NCBI GenBank assembly: GCA_038087875.1
Contig: CM075993.1
Coordinates: 10,356,001 to 10,420,000 of the forward strand
DNA: 64,000 nucleotides
Direction: 5' to 3'
Source of the DNA: Malacoraja senta
Taxonomy: Eukaryota
Of this stretch, positions 1 to 11,291 are shown piece by piece. The notes under the pieces are model-generated. The model saw only the letters and a program-made list of their open reading frames with translations. It had not been told where the DNA came from and did no database searches. Each line of letters starts with the position of its first letter. Positions within the stretch are counted from its first letter, which is position 1. The translations under genes were made by a program, and so were the position numbers.

Positions 1-580
1 TTCCAACAAATACCATGACAAAGGTAAAGTTAAACAGCAGCAGCATTCGCCCGAAAGCAGTTCTGGATCAATTGACATCCATTCTGTCAGTGAACGCCCA
101 AGATCCAGTACAGATGCTCTAATTGAGATGGGTGTTCGGACTGGATTGAGTTTATTATTTGCACTATTACGACAGAGCTGGATGGTGCCTTCTACAGTGC
201 CAGGGCTCAACCTCTGCAATGATGTTATCCATACAGCAATAGATGTGATTAGCTCTTTACCACCACTATCTTTAGCAAATGAAAGCAAAATTCCTGCAAT
301 GGGACTGGACTGCTTATCTCAAGTAACGACATTCCTGAAGGGAGTTACAATGCCGAACTCGGGAGCTGATATTTTGGGGAGAAGACTAGCATCAGAACTG
401 CTGCTTGGACTTGCAGCCCAGCGGGGTTCTCTGCGATACTTTTTAGAGTGGATAGAAATGGCATTGGCTGCATCTGCTGCTGTTAGTACCATGGAAAACA
501 CAAAACCGTCTGCGAGTCGGGAAGGAATGATCGGCTATGATTGTTTCATGAATATTCTCATGCAGATGAGGCGTTCTTTG
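1..580 (+). CDS. HERC1: HERC1 coding exon (5'-truncated by window edge), N-terminal region
   Basis: Frame from nt 2: SNKYHDKGKVKQQQHSPESSSG...DALIEMGVRTGLSLLFALLRQSW...MNILMQMRRSL, recognisable as the HERC1 N-terminus; donor GTAGGT at 581, phase 0. Confidence 0.96.
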
Positions 581-1089
581 GTAGGTATAAAACCTAATTT
601 CACTTGCTGTTGTTGTTTGCTTGGCTGGGAATGGTGAATTGCTTTGAATATTTTAATTCCCAAAAGCTTGAATTTGCTGCACTATTTATGCACCAGTTAA
701 GTTACATGTACAAGAATGATGCTAAGGCTCTTGTTAATGTTCAGTAAAATCTGCATCTTTATAAATCCAGCTGTGCTATGCGTATTGGCCTCTTTTAAAA
801 GAGCCAATTATCCTAGTAAAATATAAGATGCGTTTTGTAGAAGCCGAGTCTGCAGATTCCGCACGTAATTATTAAAGCTAACCAAATGTTTATTGTTAGG
901 AGAATAAGGTTATATGCTTCATTTGCATGATGAGGCCGCACCTGGAATTTTGTTCCGAAACCCTGATAGTATCCTTCCCTTCACATATTCTGCTCAACCT
1001 TCTGAGTTCCGCCAGCAATTTGTGGGGTTTTTTCTCCATATTCAACCATCTGGTCTCTTGTCTCCACACCTGGAGTACTTGGGGCTTAG

Positions 1090-1206
1090 GACCAAAGGAA
1101 TCACAGGATATGGGGAAAAAGCAGGAACGGGGTACTGATTTTAGATGATCAGCCATGATCATATTGAGCCGAATGGCCTACTCCTGAACCTATTTTTCTA
1201 TGTTTC
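1090..1206 (+). mobile_element. CR1 LINE 3' end fragment
   Basis: Encodes ...GYGEKAGTGY then the 3' UTR gatcagccatgatc...gaatggcctactcct shared with other CR1 copies here. Confidence 0.8.
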
Positions 1207-2014
1207 AAGTGTGATCAATATTGGTTTTGGTATTTAAAGAAGGATATTAATACATTGGAAGCAGTTTAGAGAAGGTTTACTCAGCAAATGTCTGGAATAA
1301 GCAGATTGATTAAGGAAAGATTGAGCAGGCTATACTTGTAAATGAGAGGCCACTTGTTCGAAGCCCGAAGGATGAAAAGAGATCTTGGGTGGTACGTTGT
1401 CATAAACAAAGTGGGATGCATTCTGAAATGTGATTGTGGGAAACCTGAGTGAAGAACCGAGACGTTCTGACCATTGTATTTAACAACTCAGTGATTAATG
1501 CAACAGCGTAGGATAAACTATTAGTCAATCTATCATCGGAATTGGATGTTGTACCAATACAGTCAAGATAAAATTAATTAAAAAATACAGCAAAGGACAA
1601 CATAAATTAAAGCAACTAACATGATTTTTTTAAAGTGAGAGGAGAAAATAACACTATGCTGTTCATCTGCTGATGCATCTACTGTGGATGTGAATTATTA
1701 AGTAATTTGATATGCTTCATGGGAAACTTCTAACAATTTGTCAAAGGAGGTTGATTTAAAATATCAAAAGGATTCTGTTCAATGCTTTTCAAAAAGGGAG
1801 AATGTGAACAATGATGTCTCGTGATCATTAGCCCACTGAATCCATGGAGACCATCTCGTGCTGAACATCTTACATTGAGCCTGCACTAATATCATTTCAT
1901 TCACATTGTCAGACTTTCCCCCTTCTCCTCCCCCTTCCCACCAACCTCAGTCGCTCACCTACACACTAGAGGCTATTTACAGGGCCAATTACACAGCAAA
2001 TGACAAGGCTCTGG

Positions 2015-2605
2015 GAGTCATACAGTGTGGAAACAGACCCTTTGGCCCAACTTGCTCACACCGGCCAACATGTTCCAGCTACACTAGTCCCACCTGCCAG
2101 CATTTGGTCCATATTCCTCCAAATCTGTCCGATCCATGTACCTGTCTAACTGATTCTTAAATATTGGGATAGTCCCTGCCTCGACTACCACCTCTGGCAG
2201 CTTGTTCCATACATCCACCACCCTTTGTGTGGAAAAAGTTACCGCTCAGATTCCTATTAAATCTTTTCCCGTTCACCTTAAACCTATGTCCTTAGTTCCT
2301 TGATTCACCTACTCAAGGCAAGAGACTCTGTGCATCTACCCGATCTATTCCTCTCATGATTTTATACACCTCCATAAGATCACCCCTCGACTTCCTGTGT
2401 TCCAGGGAATAAGAGTCCCAGCCTACTCAACCTCTGCTTATAGGTCAGACTCTCTAGTCCTGGCAACATCCTCGCAAATCTTCTCTGTACCCTTTCCAAC
2501 GACAACATCTTTCCTATAACACGATGCCCAGAATTGAACACAATACCCTAAATGTGGCCTCACCAACGTCTCATGTAACTGCAACATGACCTCCCAACTT
2601 CGATA
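2015..2605 (-). mobile_element. CR1/HER1-type LINE 3' fragment
   Basis: Minus-strand LVRPHLGYCVQFW motif plus CR1-type 3' UTR. Confidence 0.8.
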
Positions 2606-2689
2606 CTGTGGAACCAAGTTATCCAGGGGTGTAGGTACATAGGTACATAAAAATGGTAACATGGGTAGACAGAGTGGTGAAAAAGGTTT

Positions 2690-3990
2690 GACATGTGGTC
2701 TGTGATTCATGGACATCATCAGTTGCTGGGTGTCTTCTCTGGTGATGCTCTGCCAGGCCTGTATTGCAGCCATCTTTAACTTATGCTTGTTTTGGGGGCT
2801 AGTCCCCTTCAGTTTTCTCTTCAGCATATAAAAGGCATGCTCAATTGGGTTCAGATCAGGTGATTGACTTGGCCACTCAAGAATTGACCATTTTTTCTGT
2901 TTTGAAAAACTCCTTTGTTGCATTAGTAGTATGTTTGGGATCATTGTCGCTGTAGTCCTGGCAACATCCTCGCAAATCTTCTCTGTACCCTTTCCAACTG
3001 CTGGCCAATCAGTTTTGAGGCATTTGTTTGAACTTGAGCAGATAGGATGTTTCTATACACTTCAGAATTCATTATGCTACTACCATCAGCAGTTGTTTCA
3101 TCATTGAAGATAAGTGAGCTGGTACCTTCAGCAGCCATACATGCCCAGGCCATAACACCCCCACCACCGTGTTTCACAGATGAGGTGGTATGCTTTGGAT
3201 CTTGGGCAGTTCCTTCTCTCCTCCATACTTTGCTCTTGCCAACACTCTGATATAAGTTAATCTTTGTCTCATCTGTCCACAAGACCTTTTTTCCAGAACT
3301 GTGGTTGCTCTTTTAAGTACTTGGAAAACTGTAACCTGGCCATCCTATTTTTGCGGCTAACCAGTGGTTTGCATCTTGCAATGTAGCCTCTGTATTTCTG
3401 TTCATGTTACTTCTGTGGACAGTGGTCATTGACAAATCCACACCTGCCTCCTGAAGAGTGTTTCTGATCTGTCAGACAGGTGTTTGGGGATTTCTCTTTA
3501 TTATAGAGATAATTATTCTGTCATCAGCTGTGGAGATCTTCCTTGGCCTGCCAGTCCCTTTGCGATTAGTAAGCTCACCAGTGCTCTCTTTCTTTTTAAT
3601 GATGTTCCAAACAGTTGATTTTGGTAAGCCTAAGGGTAAGATTTGTACAGGGTCTCGGCAAGACCCTGTACAAATCCCAAATTAATTTCCTCCCTTCCCT
3701 CCCTTCCCTCCCTTCCCTCCCTCCCCCCCCTCCCCCCGTCCATTTTTTCTAAGGAAAAAAAACTAAATTGTGATTTTTTTGTTGTTGTTTTTTTATATCT
3801 AACAGTTTTATTCTTGTTTCTCAGTCTCATAATGGCTTCTTTGACTTACATTGCACAACTTTGGTCCTCATGTTGATAAACAGCAATACAAGTTTCTAAA
3901 GGTGATGGAAAGACTGGAGGAAAGACTAGGTGCTGAGAGCTCTCTTATATCTACATTAAGGAGGCATTTAAACACACTTGAGCAATTACA
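2690..3990 (-). mobile_element. Decayed Tc1 (DD34E) DNA transposon, transposase pseudogene
   Basis: Motifs WTDETKINL, KHGGGGVMAWACM, DNDPKH and WPSQSPDLNPIEHAF in broken minus-strand frames; ends approximate. Confidence 0.9.
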
Positions 3991-4980
3991 AACACCTGTG
4001 AAGCCATGTCTCCCTGCAACCACTGGTTTTCCAGAGAAAACAATCCAAGTCTGTCTCTCCCTATAGCTGATACCCCCTAATCCAGGCATCATTCTGATAA
4101 ACCACCTCTGCTCATTTTTCCAAAGCCTTCGCATCCTTTCTGTGAAGTGGCAACCAGAACTACACAGAATATTCAAAATGCCCACTGATCAAAGACCTTT
4201 TAAGCTGCATCTTGACTCTTGTACTCAATACCCTGACCTCTGAAAGCAAGCAGAGAATATGCCTTCTTTACCACTCTCCGTGATGCTCCCTTCAGCGGGT
4301 TATGGACTTGGACCCCAAGATCCCTCTGTACATCAATGCTGCAAAGAGTCGTGCCATTTACCTATTGCATTTGACTTCCCAAAGTGCAACACCTCAAACT
4401 TGCTTGAATTAAACTCCAATTGCCATTTCTTCACCCATTTCTGTAGCTGATCTATATTTTGCTGTATACTTTGTCAGCCTTATTCACAGTCTGTAATTCA
4501 CTCATTCTCTTCCAAATGGGAGTAAATCCTACCCCCTCCAATATTTTCAAATTAGTACTTTTCTGTATCCCTATCAATTTTCTCTGATATTTAGCCAGAT
4601 CCACTCATTCCAAATTGCTTATTGAGTTGTGTTTTTAATGTAGCCGATTACCGTGAATATGTGGTATTGATATCACTAATTTGCAGTAACTTTGTAAATT
4701 CATCATGATTTTAAAGATATCTATTGTCTTCTCGATCTTCCCTTCACTTCATAATAACTTCAGCCTCACTGGTTTATGTCTGCAACTAACAACTCTCATG
4801 AATCCACCCCTTCCCAAACCAGTTTAAAAAGGTTGTACGGATAAATCACAGTGAACTGTTGTTTGCACTTCATCAACATTTTGAGGAATAATGGAACACT
4901 TGAGGAACAGTGGAATGAGAACATTTAGGAACAGCTATAGAGGGGATAGGTGGCTAAGCATTAGTAGAGTATAAGTATTA

Positions 4981-5434
4981 AGGGCCTGTCCCACCAGCAT
5001 GCATGCGTCTAGCGCGACCAAACGTGGTCGTTTGAGGCGTACGGCCTCGCGGGGCCGGTCCGACTTCCAAGCGCGGAGGCGTACGGGGTTGTGCGGGGCT
5101 GGTCCCGACATCGTGCGGGGCTCCGAAAATCCTGCATTGAGGGCGTACGCTGCGTCTTGACGGCGTACGCCTAGTGCGTGGCTTTGCGCGATGACGTCAC
5201 CGCCCGGCGTGCCGTTGCGTGATGACGTCACCGCCCGAAGCCGTGCGACGTCCAAATTCAGTCGGCCCGCCTCCTGCCCAGCTGATTGGTGAGTATGATG
5301 TCGGAACCAGCCCCGCACAACTCCATATACCTTCGCGGTTCGAATTGGGACCGGCCCCACGCGGCCGTACGCCTCAAGCGACCACGTTTGGTCACGCTAG
5401 ACGTATGCAATCGCATGCTGGTGGGACAGGCCCT
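4981..5434. mobile_element. PIF/Harbinger-type MITE (454 bp)
   Basis: TIR AGGGCCTGTCCCACCAGCATGC...GCATGCTGGTGGGACAGGCCCT extending imperfectly for about 130 bp; TTA on both flanks; CpG-rich. Confidence 0.85.
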
Positions 5435-6659
5435 TTAGGTTGTTGAAATTGGAATTTTGATTGTATTTCAAAATGAGTATTGGATTATAAAATGAAAGGA
5501 TGTTAATTGGAATATTTTACTATAGTTATTTCAAAATGAAAGTTTATTTCATTAGAAAGGGATCATTTAAAGTTTTGCCAGGATTAAGGGGTTTCTCATT
5601 TCAGATTTAGTTTCAGATTAGTTTATTGTCATAAACTGCAGTGTCCAATTAAATTCCTTGACGTCCACAGATTAAACAGTATACATACAGTAATGATGAA
5701 TACAATAATAAATTAGTGCAAAATAGCAGACTGGTGCAAATGTTGTAGTGCAACCTGCCAGGGTGCAGGCATCCTTGACAATACTTCTAGCCTTCCTGAT
5801 GCAGGACACGGAGATTGACCGGAAGGAAGGAAATGATGAGTCTTAAACGGAATGGGCTGTGTTCACCTCTTTCTGCAGGTTCAGGTGTCAAGCAGAGCAG
5901 TTGTCTTGTCAGGTTGGGATGCATCTTAGAATACATAGAATGTATTCGTGCCTACTATGTTCTGTTGTGCTAAAGCAATGCAAGAATGTCATTGTCCTAT
6001 CAGGGACACATGACAATAAACTCTCTTGAACTCTTCTTGAACTCTTTTGTCGTGTATCTGTAGAACTTCAAGAGAATCCTTGTGGAAATGTTGAATCTAC
6101 TCGGTGTGAAGGGAGAAGGTTATGTTGTTGGTGATTTGTATGGCTAGGAACTTGAAGCTATCAGCTATGCCCACAATAGCTCTGTTTATCTCCTCCCCCT
6201 TCCCCTCTTCCTGACTCTTCCACCTTGTTGACTTTAATGTTCTGATCTCTTCCCTGTACTCTGTGTCATGGTTGTTCTGGCCTTGAAGGTCGAGTTGATG
6301 CTGTACTTTGCCACATGGTCATGGATGTACAGGGAGTAGTGAGCACAACCCTGAGGGCCACGAGTGTTGAGGGTCAGGGTAGAGGAAGACTTATGACTAA
6401 TTCTAACAGACATGAGGTTTGCTAGTCAGGGAAGCCCAGAAGATGTTTGCATTTGGAGCCCCCAGGGCCAAGGTTAAGGGGTTTAGAAATGAGCTTATTT
6501 GGTAATATGGTGTTGCAGGCTGCGTTGTAGTCAATGAATAGGATTCTGACATAGTGTTCTCATTGTCTTGGTAATCTAGAGCTGAATGTAGTTCAAGGGA
6601 GATGATGTCACAAGTTGACAAGTTATAGGAGTGAATATGGCCCATCAAGTCCAAATTCA

Positions 6660-7205
6660 ATCATGGCTGATCCATTTTCCAGACTTCTCCCCATAACCCT
6701 TGACCTGTTCTAATCAAGAATTTGTCTATCTCTGCCTTATAAATATCCACTGACTTGTCCTCCACAGCCCTCTGTGGCAATGAGTTCCACAGATTAACTT
6801 CCCTTTGACTAAAGAAGTTCCTTTTCACCTCCTTTCTAAAAAAGTGCCATTTAACTCTGTGGGTATGACCTATGGTCCTAGACTCTCCCACCAATGGAAA
6901 CATCCTTTCCACATCCATTCTATCTCACTTTCATTATTTAAGTTTCAGTGAGGTCTCCCCTCAACTTTCTAAACTCCAGCGAGTAGAGGCCCAGTGCTGT
7001 CAAACGCTCATCAAATGCTAACCCAATCATTCTTGTAAACCTCCTCTGGACCCTCTCCTGAGCCAGCACATCCTTCCTCAGATATGGGGCCCAAATTTGC
7101 TTAAAGTACTCCAAATGCGGCCTGACCAGTGCCTTATGGAGCCTCAGCATTGCATCTCTGTTTTGTGTTCCAGTCCTCTTGATATATATGCAAGCATTGA
7201 ACTTG
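6660..7205 (-). mobile_element. CR1 LINE 3' fragment
   Basis: ALVRPHLEY...ERVQRRFTRM...VNLWNSLPQ on minus strand. Confidence 0.85.
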
Positions 7206-7869
7206 CTTTCCCTACTACCATCCTTCATTGACCTATTTTTCCTGTACATTTCAAAGGGCTCCACAATGACCGGAAGACTGGTGTAGATGTGGGCCATTAC
7301 CAACCTTTCAATGCACTTCATCCTGCTTGGTGTTTGAGCTACAGGGTGGTGGTAATTGAGTCAGGTTACTTTATTTTTCTTTAGAACTGGAATTACAGAG
7401 GTTTCCTTGAAGCTGGTAGGAACAATAGGTGGTTGAAGCTATCAGCGAAGACAGTAGCCAGTGATTGAGCATGATGAAGTGCTTTGAAAGGTTGGTAATG
7501 ACCCACAACTGCATCTCCTGGATAACCTGGACCCCTTGAAATTTACGTGCAGGACAAATAGGTCTGTGGAGGACATCATCTCCCTTGCACCACATTTCAG
7601 AACCTGTCCAGGGGTTCCATCCGGGCTGGTCTGTGTCTAAGAATTTCTTAGCACTCGAATAGATACATGATGGAAAAAAAATCCAAAATTGAATGGAAGG
7701 TTGAATAAATCATGCTGAGATGTTTTAAATTTATGAGGTTTTTTCGGTTAGTAAGAATGTAGGAAAAAGAAGCAAATGCAGCTTTTTGGATTATTTCCAC
7801 AAGTTTGCAACTGATGTTTTATCTTTAGCTCCAGTCTTGTGCACTAACGTCATATCTCTTGATTCCCAA

Positions 7870-8575
7870 TAGACAATGGGTGCAGGAGTAGGCCATTCGG
7901 CCCTTCGAGCCAATGCCGCCATTCAATGTGATCATGGCTGATCATCCACAATCAGTACCCCGTTCCTGCCTTCTCCCTATATCTCCTGACCGCTACCTTT
8001 AAGAGCCCTATCTAGCTCTCTCTTGAAAGTATCCAGAGAACTGGCCTCTACCGCCTTCTGAGGCAGAGAATTCTACAGATTCACAACTCTCTGTGTGAAA
8101 AAGTATTTCCTCATCTCTAAATGGCTTACCCTTATTCTTAAACTCTGGCCCCTAGTTCTGGACTCCCCTAACATCGGGAACATGTTTCCTGCCTCTAGGT
8201 GTTCAAACCCTTAACACTCTTATATGTTTGAATAAGATCCCCTCGCATCCTTCTAAACTCCAGAGTGTTCAAGCCCAGCTGCTCCATTCTCTCAGCATAT
8301 GACAGTCCCGCCATCCCGGGAATTAACCTTGTGAACCTCCGCTGCAGTCCCTCAATAGCAAGAATGTTCTTCCTCAAATTTGGAGACCAAAACTGCACAC
8401 AATACTCCAGGTGTGGTCTCACTAGGGCCCTGAACAACTGCAGAAGGACCTCTTTGCTGCTATACTCAACTCCTCTTGTTATGAAGGCCAACATGCCATT
8501 CGCTTTCTTCACTGCTTGCTGTACCTGCATGCTTACTTTCATTGACACTTTGCTACCAAAGTGGATAACATCCCT
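7870..8575 (-). mobile_element. CR1 LINE 3' fragment
   Basis: ORF 8195-8581 (QVQQAVKKANGMLAFI...LVRPHLEYCVQFWSP) plus CR1 3' UTR. Confidence 0.9.
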
Positions 8576-9079
8576 TAACATTCAAAAATCTATCCATCAA
8601 TGTCTTCAATACATAAACTTGGCATTTGGACCTGAAGAAGGGTCTCGACCCGAAACATCACACATTCCTTCTCTCCAGAGATGCTGCCTGCTCCGTTGAG
8701 TTGCTCCAGCATTTTGTGTCTACCTTCGACTTAAACCAGCATCTGCAGTTCTTTCCACACATTTGGACCTGCACTGGGCTCGGGTTGCGAATAACAAAGA
8801 TATACTATCTTTAAATTTAAATTAAAAAAATGTTTTTGTCTTCTCAGTCCTGAATGGCAGAACCCTAATTTTGAGACTGACCCATGCAGGGAAAACCTCA
8901 TTCCTTCATTTTCCCCATAAGCCTTGCAATAATTTTTATGTTTTCTGAGAGATTGCTGTAATTATCACATTCTGTCCCATATGTATAGAATTTACAACAG
9001 ATGTTATGACATTATTGTTGTATTAGATGCACACTTGCATGATTTATTTTTATGCTCTGCCATCAATATTTATTGAGAA

Positions 9080-9316
9080 TGTAGAAACAAGGAACTGCAG
9101 AATCTGGTTTGCACAAAAGGACACAGCACAGGAGTAACTCAGCGGGTCAGGCAACATGTCTGGAGAACATTGATAAGTGACGTTTCGGGTTGAGACCCCA
9201 TTTCAGACTGTTCCTTCAGATTAGTCTGCAGAAGGGTATCGATGCGAAACTTCACCTCTCCATGTTCTCCAGAGATGCTGCCTGATCCGCTGAGTTACTC
9301 CAACATTTTATGTCCA
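9080..9316. mobile_element. Palindromic Penelope terminal-repeat element (diverged)
   Basis: Two inverted copies of the ggagtaactcagcgggtcaggca...gacgtttcggg unit that also ends the Penelope at ~20360-20460. Confidence 0.75.
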
Positions 9317-9641
9317 TTAATGTTTATCTGAGACTTTCTTGTTTTATCTTTTCAGTTTAATAACACAAATAAGTATAATTAGGCAATCCTTTGTTACTCC
9401 TGGTTTAGAGGAAGAGGAGGAATTCGTAGAGCAGTTGAAATTGCTTGGTCCACTGTTATTTTACCCTCTGCGTAAAATTTGCCACTATTTTTCCTGCTTT
9501 GGAATTATTCGGAATCATTCTCCTGTGCATCTGTGCCAACTATATTGAATTGTCTGTCCTACATTATTTGTTTTCAGGCATTGATTATGTTGACGAATTT
9601 GTGAAAGTTTTGATCAGTTGTCCAAACTTTTATTTTCAAAG

Positions 9642-9737
9642 GGTTCATCAGCTGATCGGAGTCAGTGGCGAGAGCCTACCAGAACGCCTGATGGTTTGTG
9701 CTCATTATATGAGGCAGCTCTCTGCCTCTTTGAAGAG
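9642..9737 (+). CDS. HERC1: HERC1 exon (96 bp)
   Basis: ttttcaaAG / GSSADRSQWREPTRTPDGLCSLYEAALCLFEE / GTATGT. Confidence 0.95.
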
Positions 9738-10148
9738 GTATGTAAGCAAAAACAAATTGCTGGTTTGATTATTTCAAGAGTTAGATTTAAAAAATAATCT
9801 GTTGAGCAATATTGTATACTGCAACATAATACTCATTACTCTTGCACAGACAGTACATCTTTGGAGATTTAACAATATATCCATTGAATAACTTTTGAAG
9901 TATAGAGACTGGTCGGTGCAGACCCGGTGGGCCGAAGGTCCTGCTTCTCCACTGTATCTCTAAACTAAACTAAAAATACCCAAGTAGTTGGCAAGCCGAG
10001 TATCTCTCTCACTGTGGTTACTTTGATAATTTTGAGCTAGGAATAGGAATACTTTATTGTCACATGTGACTATGCACAGTGAGATTCTTTGCTTGCATAC
10101 ACAATGCTATAATGCATGGTTAATTGTTTTATTTGACTTTTGTTGTAG

Positions 10149-10343
10149 GTTTGTCGAATGGCCTCAGACTACTCCAGGACGTGCGCAAGCCCTGATAGTT
10201 TGCAGAGTGGCGATACTCCAATGGTGTCGGAAACATGCGAAGTATATGTTTGGGGTAGTAACAGCAGTCATCAGCTAGTTGAGGGAACACAGGAAAAAAT
10301 TCTGCAGCCAAAACTAGCTTTAAGTTTTGCTGATGCGCAAACT
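10149..10343 (+). CDS. HERC1: HERC1 exon (195 bp), start of RLD1
   Basis: tgttgtAG / VCRMASDYSRTCASPDS...EVYVWGSNSSHQLVEGTQEKILQPKLALSFADAQT / GTAAGT. Confidence 0.96.
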
Positions 10344-11291
10344 GTAAGTGAAATAGTTGCATTTTTTATTCTTCACTATCACAAATAACATAATCCCTTC
10401 ATTATTCTAAAATATCTGTAAACATGCCATAGAGCCCTGAAGCTGGCTAGATTTGCCTACTTTTTTTGTTACTAGCCTACAAACACTTTGGTGATTGGAA
10501 TATTGATGCGGTTTAAAAAACTAATTGTAATGAATCTGACAATATTGTATCATGTTTCTTTGCAAGGTTTTGAACATAATTTAAATTACTTGTATCAAAA
10601 TATTATATTATGTTGTTATTGCATGTATTGATATTGTCAGTAGGTGATCCATCACCTTTGGTAAAATTCTATCTTCAGTATCTTTGTCCATTGCAGTAAA
10701 AGTTCTATAGTCTAGTACCCTCTGACTTTGTGTTGGATTGGCATCTTTTCTGGTCTTTTGGATATCATTCCGACCAATACCCCATCACACTTTTAGTTCA
10801 CTATTTTTAGTTTCATAGTAGTGTAATACATTTTCCAGCAAGGGAAAGTGGTAACTTGGACCCTGGTGAGTTTATAGGGAGTACAAAAAGGGGAACCTCT
10901 GAATTTAGAGGGAACTTGGAAAATAGAGCTTTGCCAAACCAGGATTTCCAAACAGTGGGATTGCAGATTATTAGTGTTATTACTGTCTTGACTAACCACA
11001 GCTACCTTCCTTTGTGTGGGATGTCCCCTTGATCCCCTTTGGCTTCATTTGCACAAGGGCTCCTTGATGATGCACTAAGTCATCCATTGCTTTGAGTTTG
11101 AAAGCTGTCTCTCGACACGCTGGAATTCAACTTCATTCCATGTTTGATGTCTCGAACCATCTGTGAGCAGGTTATTAGTCAAAGTGTGTCACTTGATATT
11201 AATCTCTATAAACTACTCACCATAAATGTGCTGATGATTGAGCGTAGATTTACTGGGCAGTAATCAGATTTTTATTTCAACTAGCATAACT

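Noticed and set aside
581..637. Extension of ORF 128-637 (VGIKPNFTCCCC...)
   Set aside because: Intronic read-through past the GT donor at 581; HERC1 continues in frame at 9642
4935..5446. ORFs across the GC-rich MITE (also 40856-41173 and 41898-42417)
   Set aside because: Stop-poor palindromic MITE sequence with no transposase motifs
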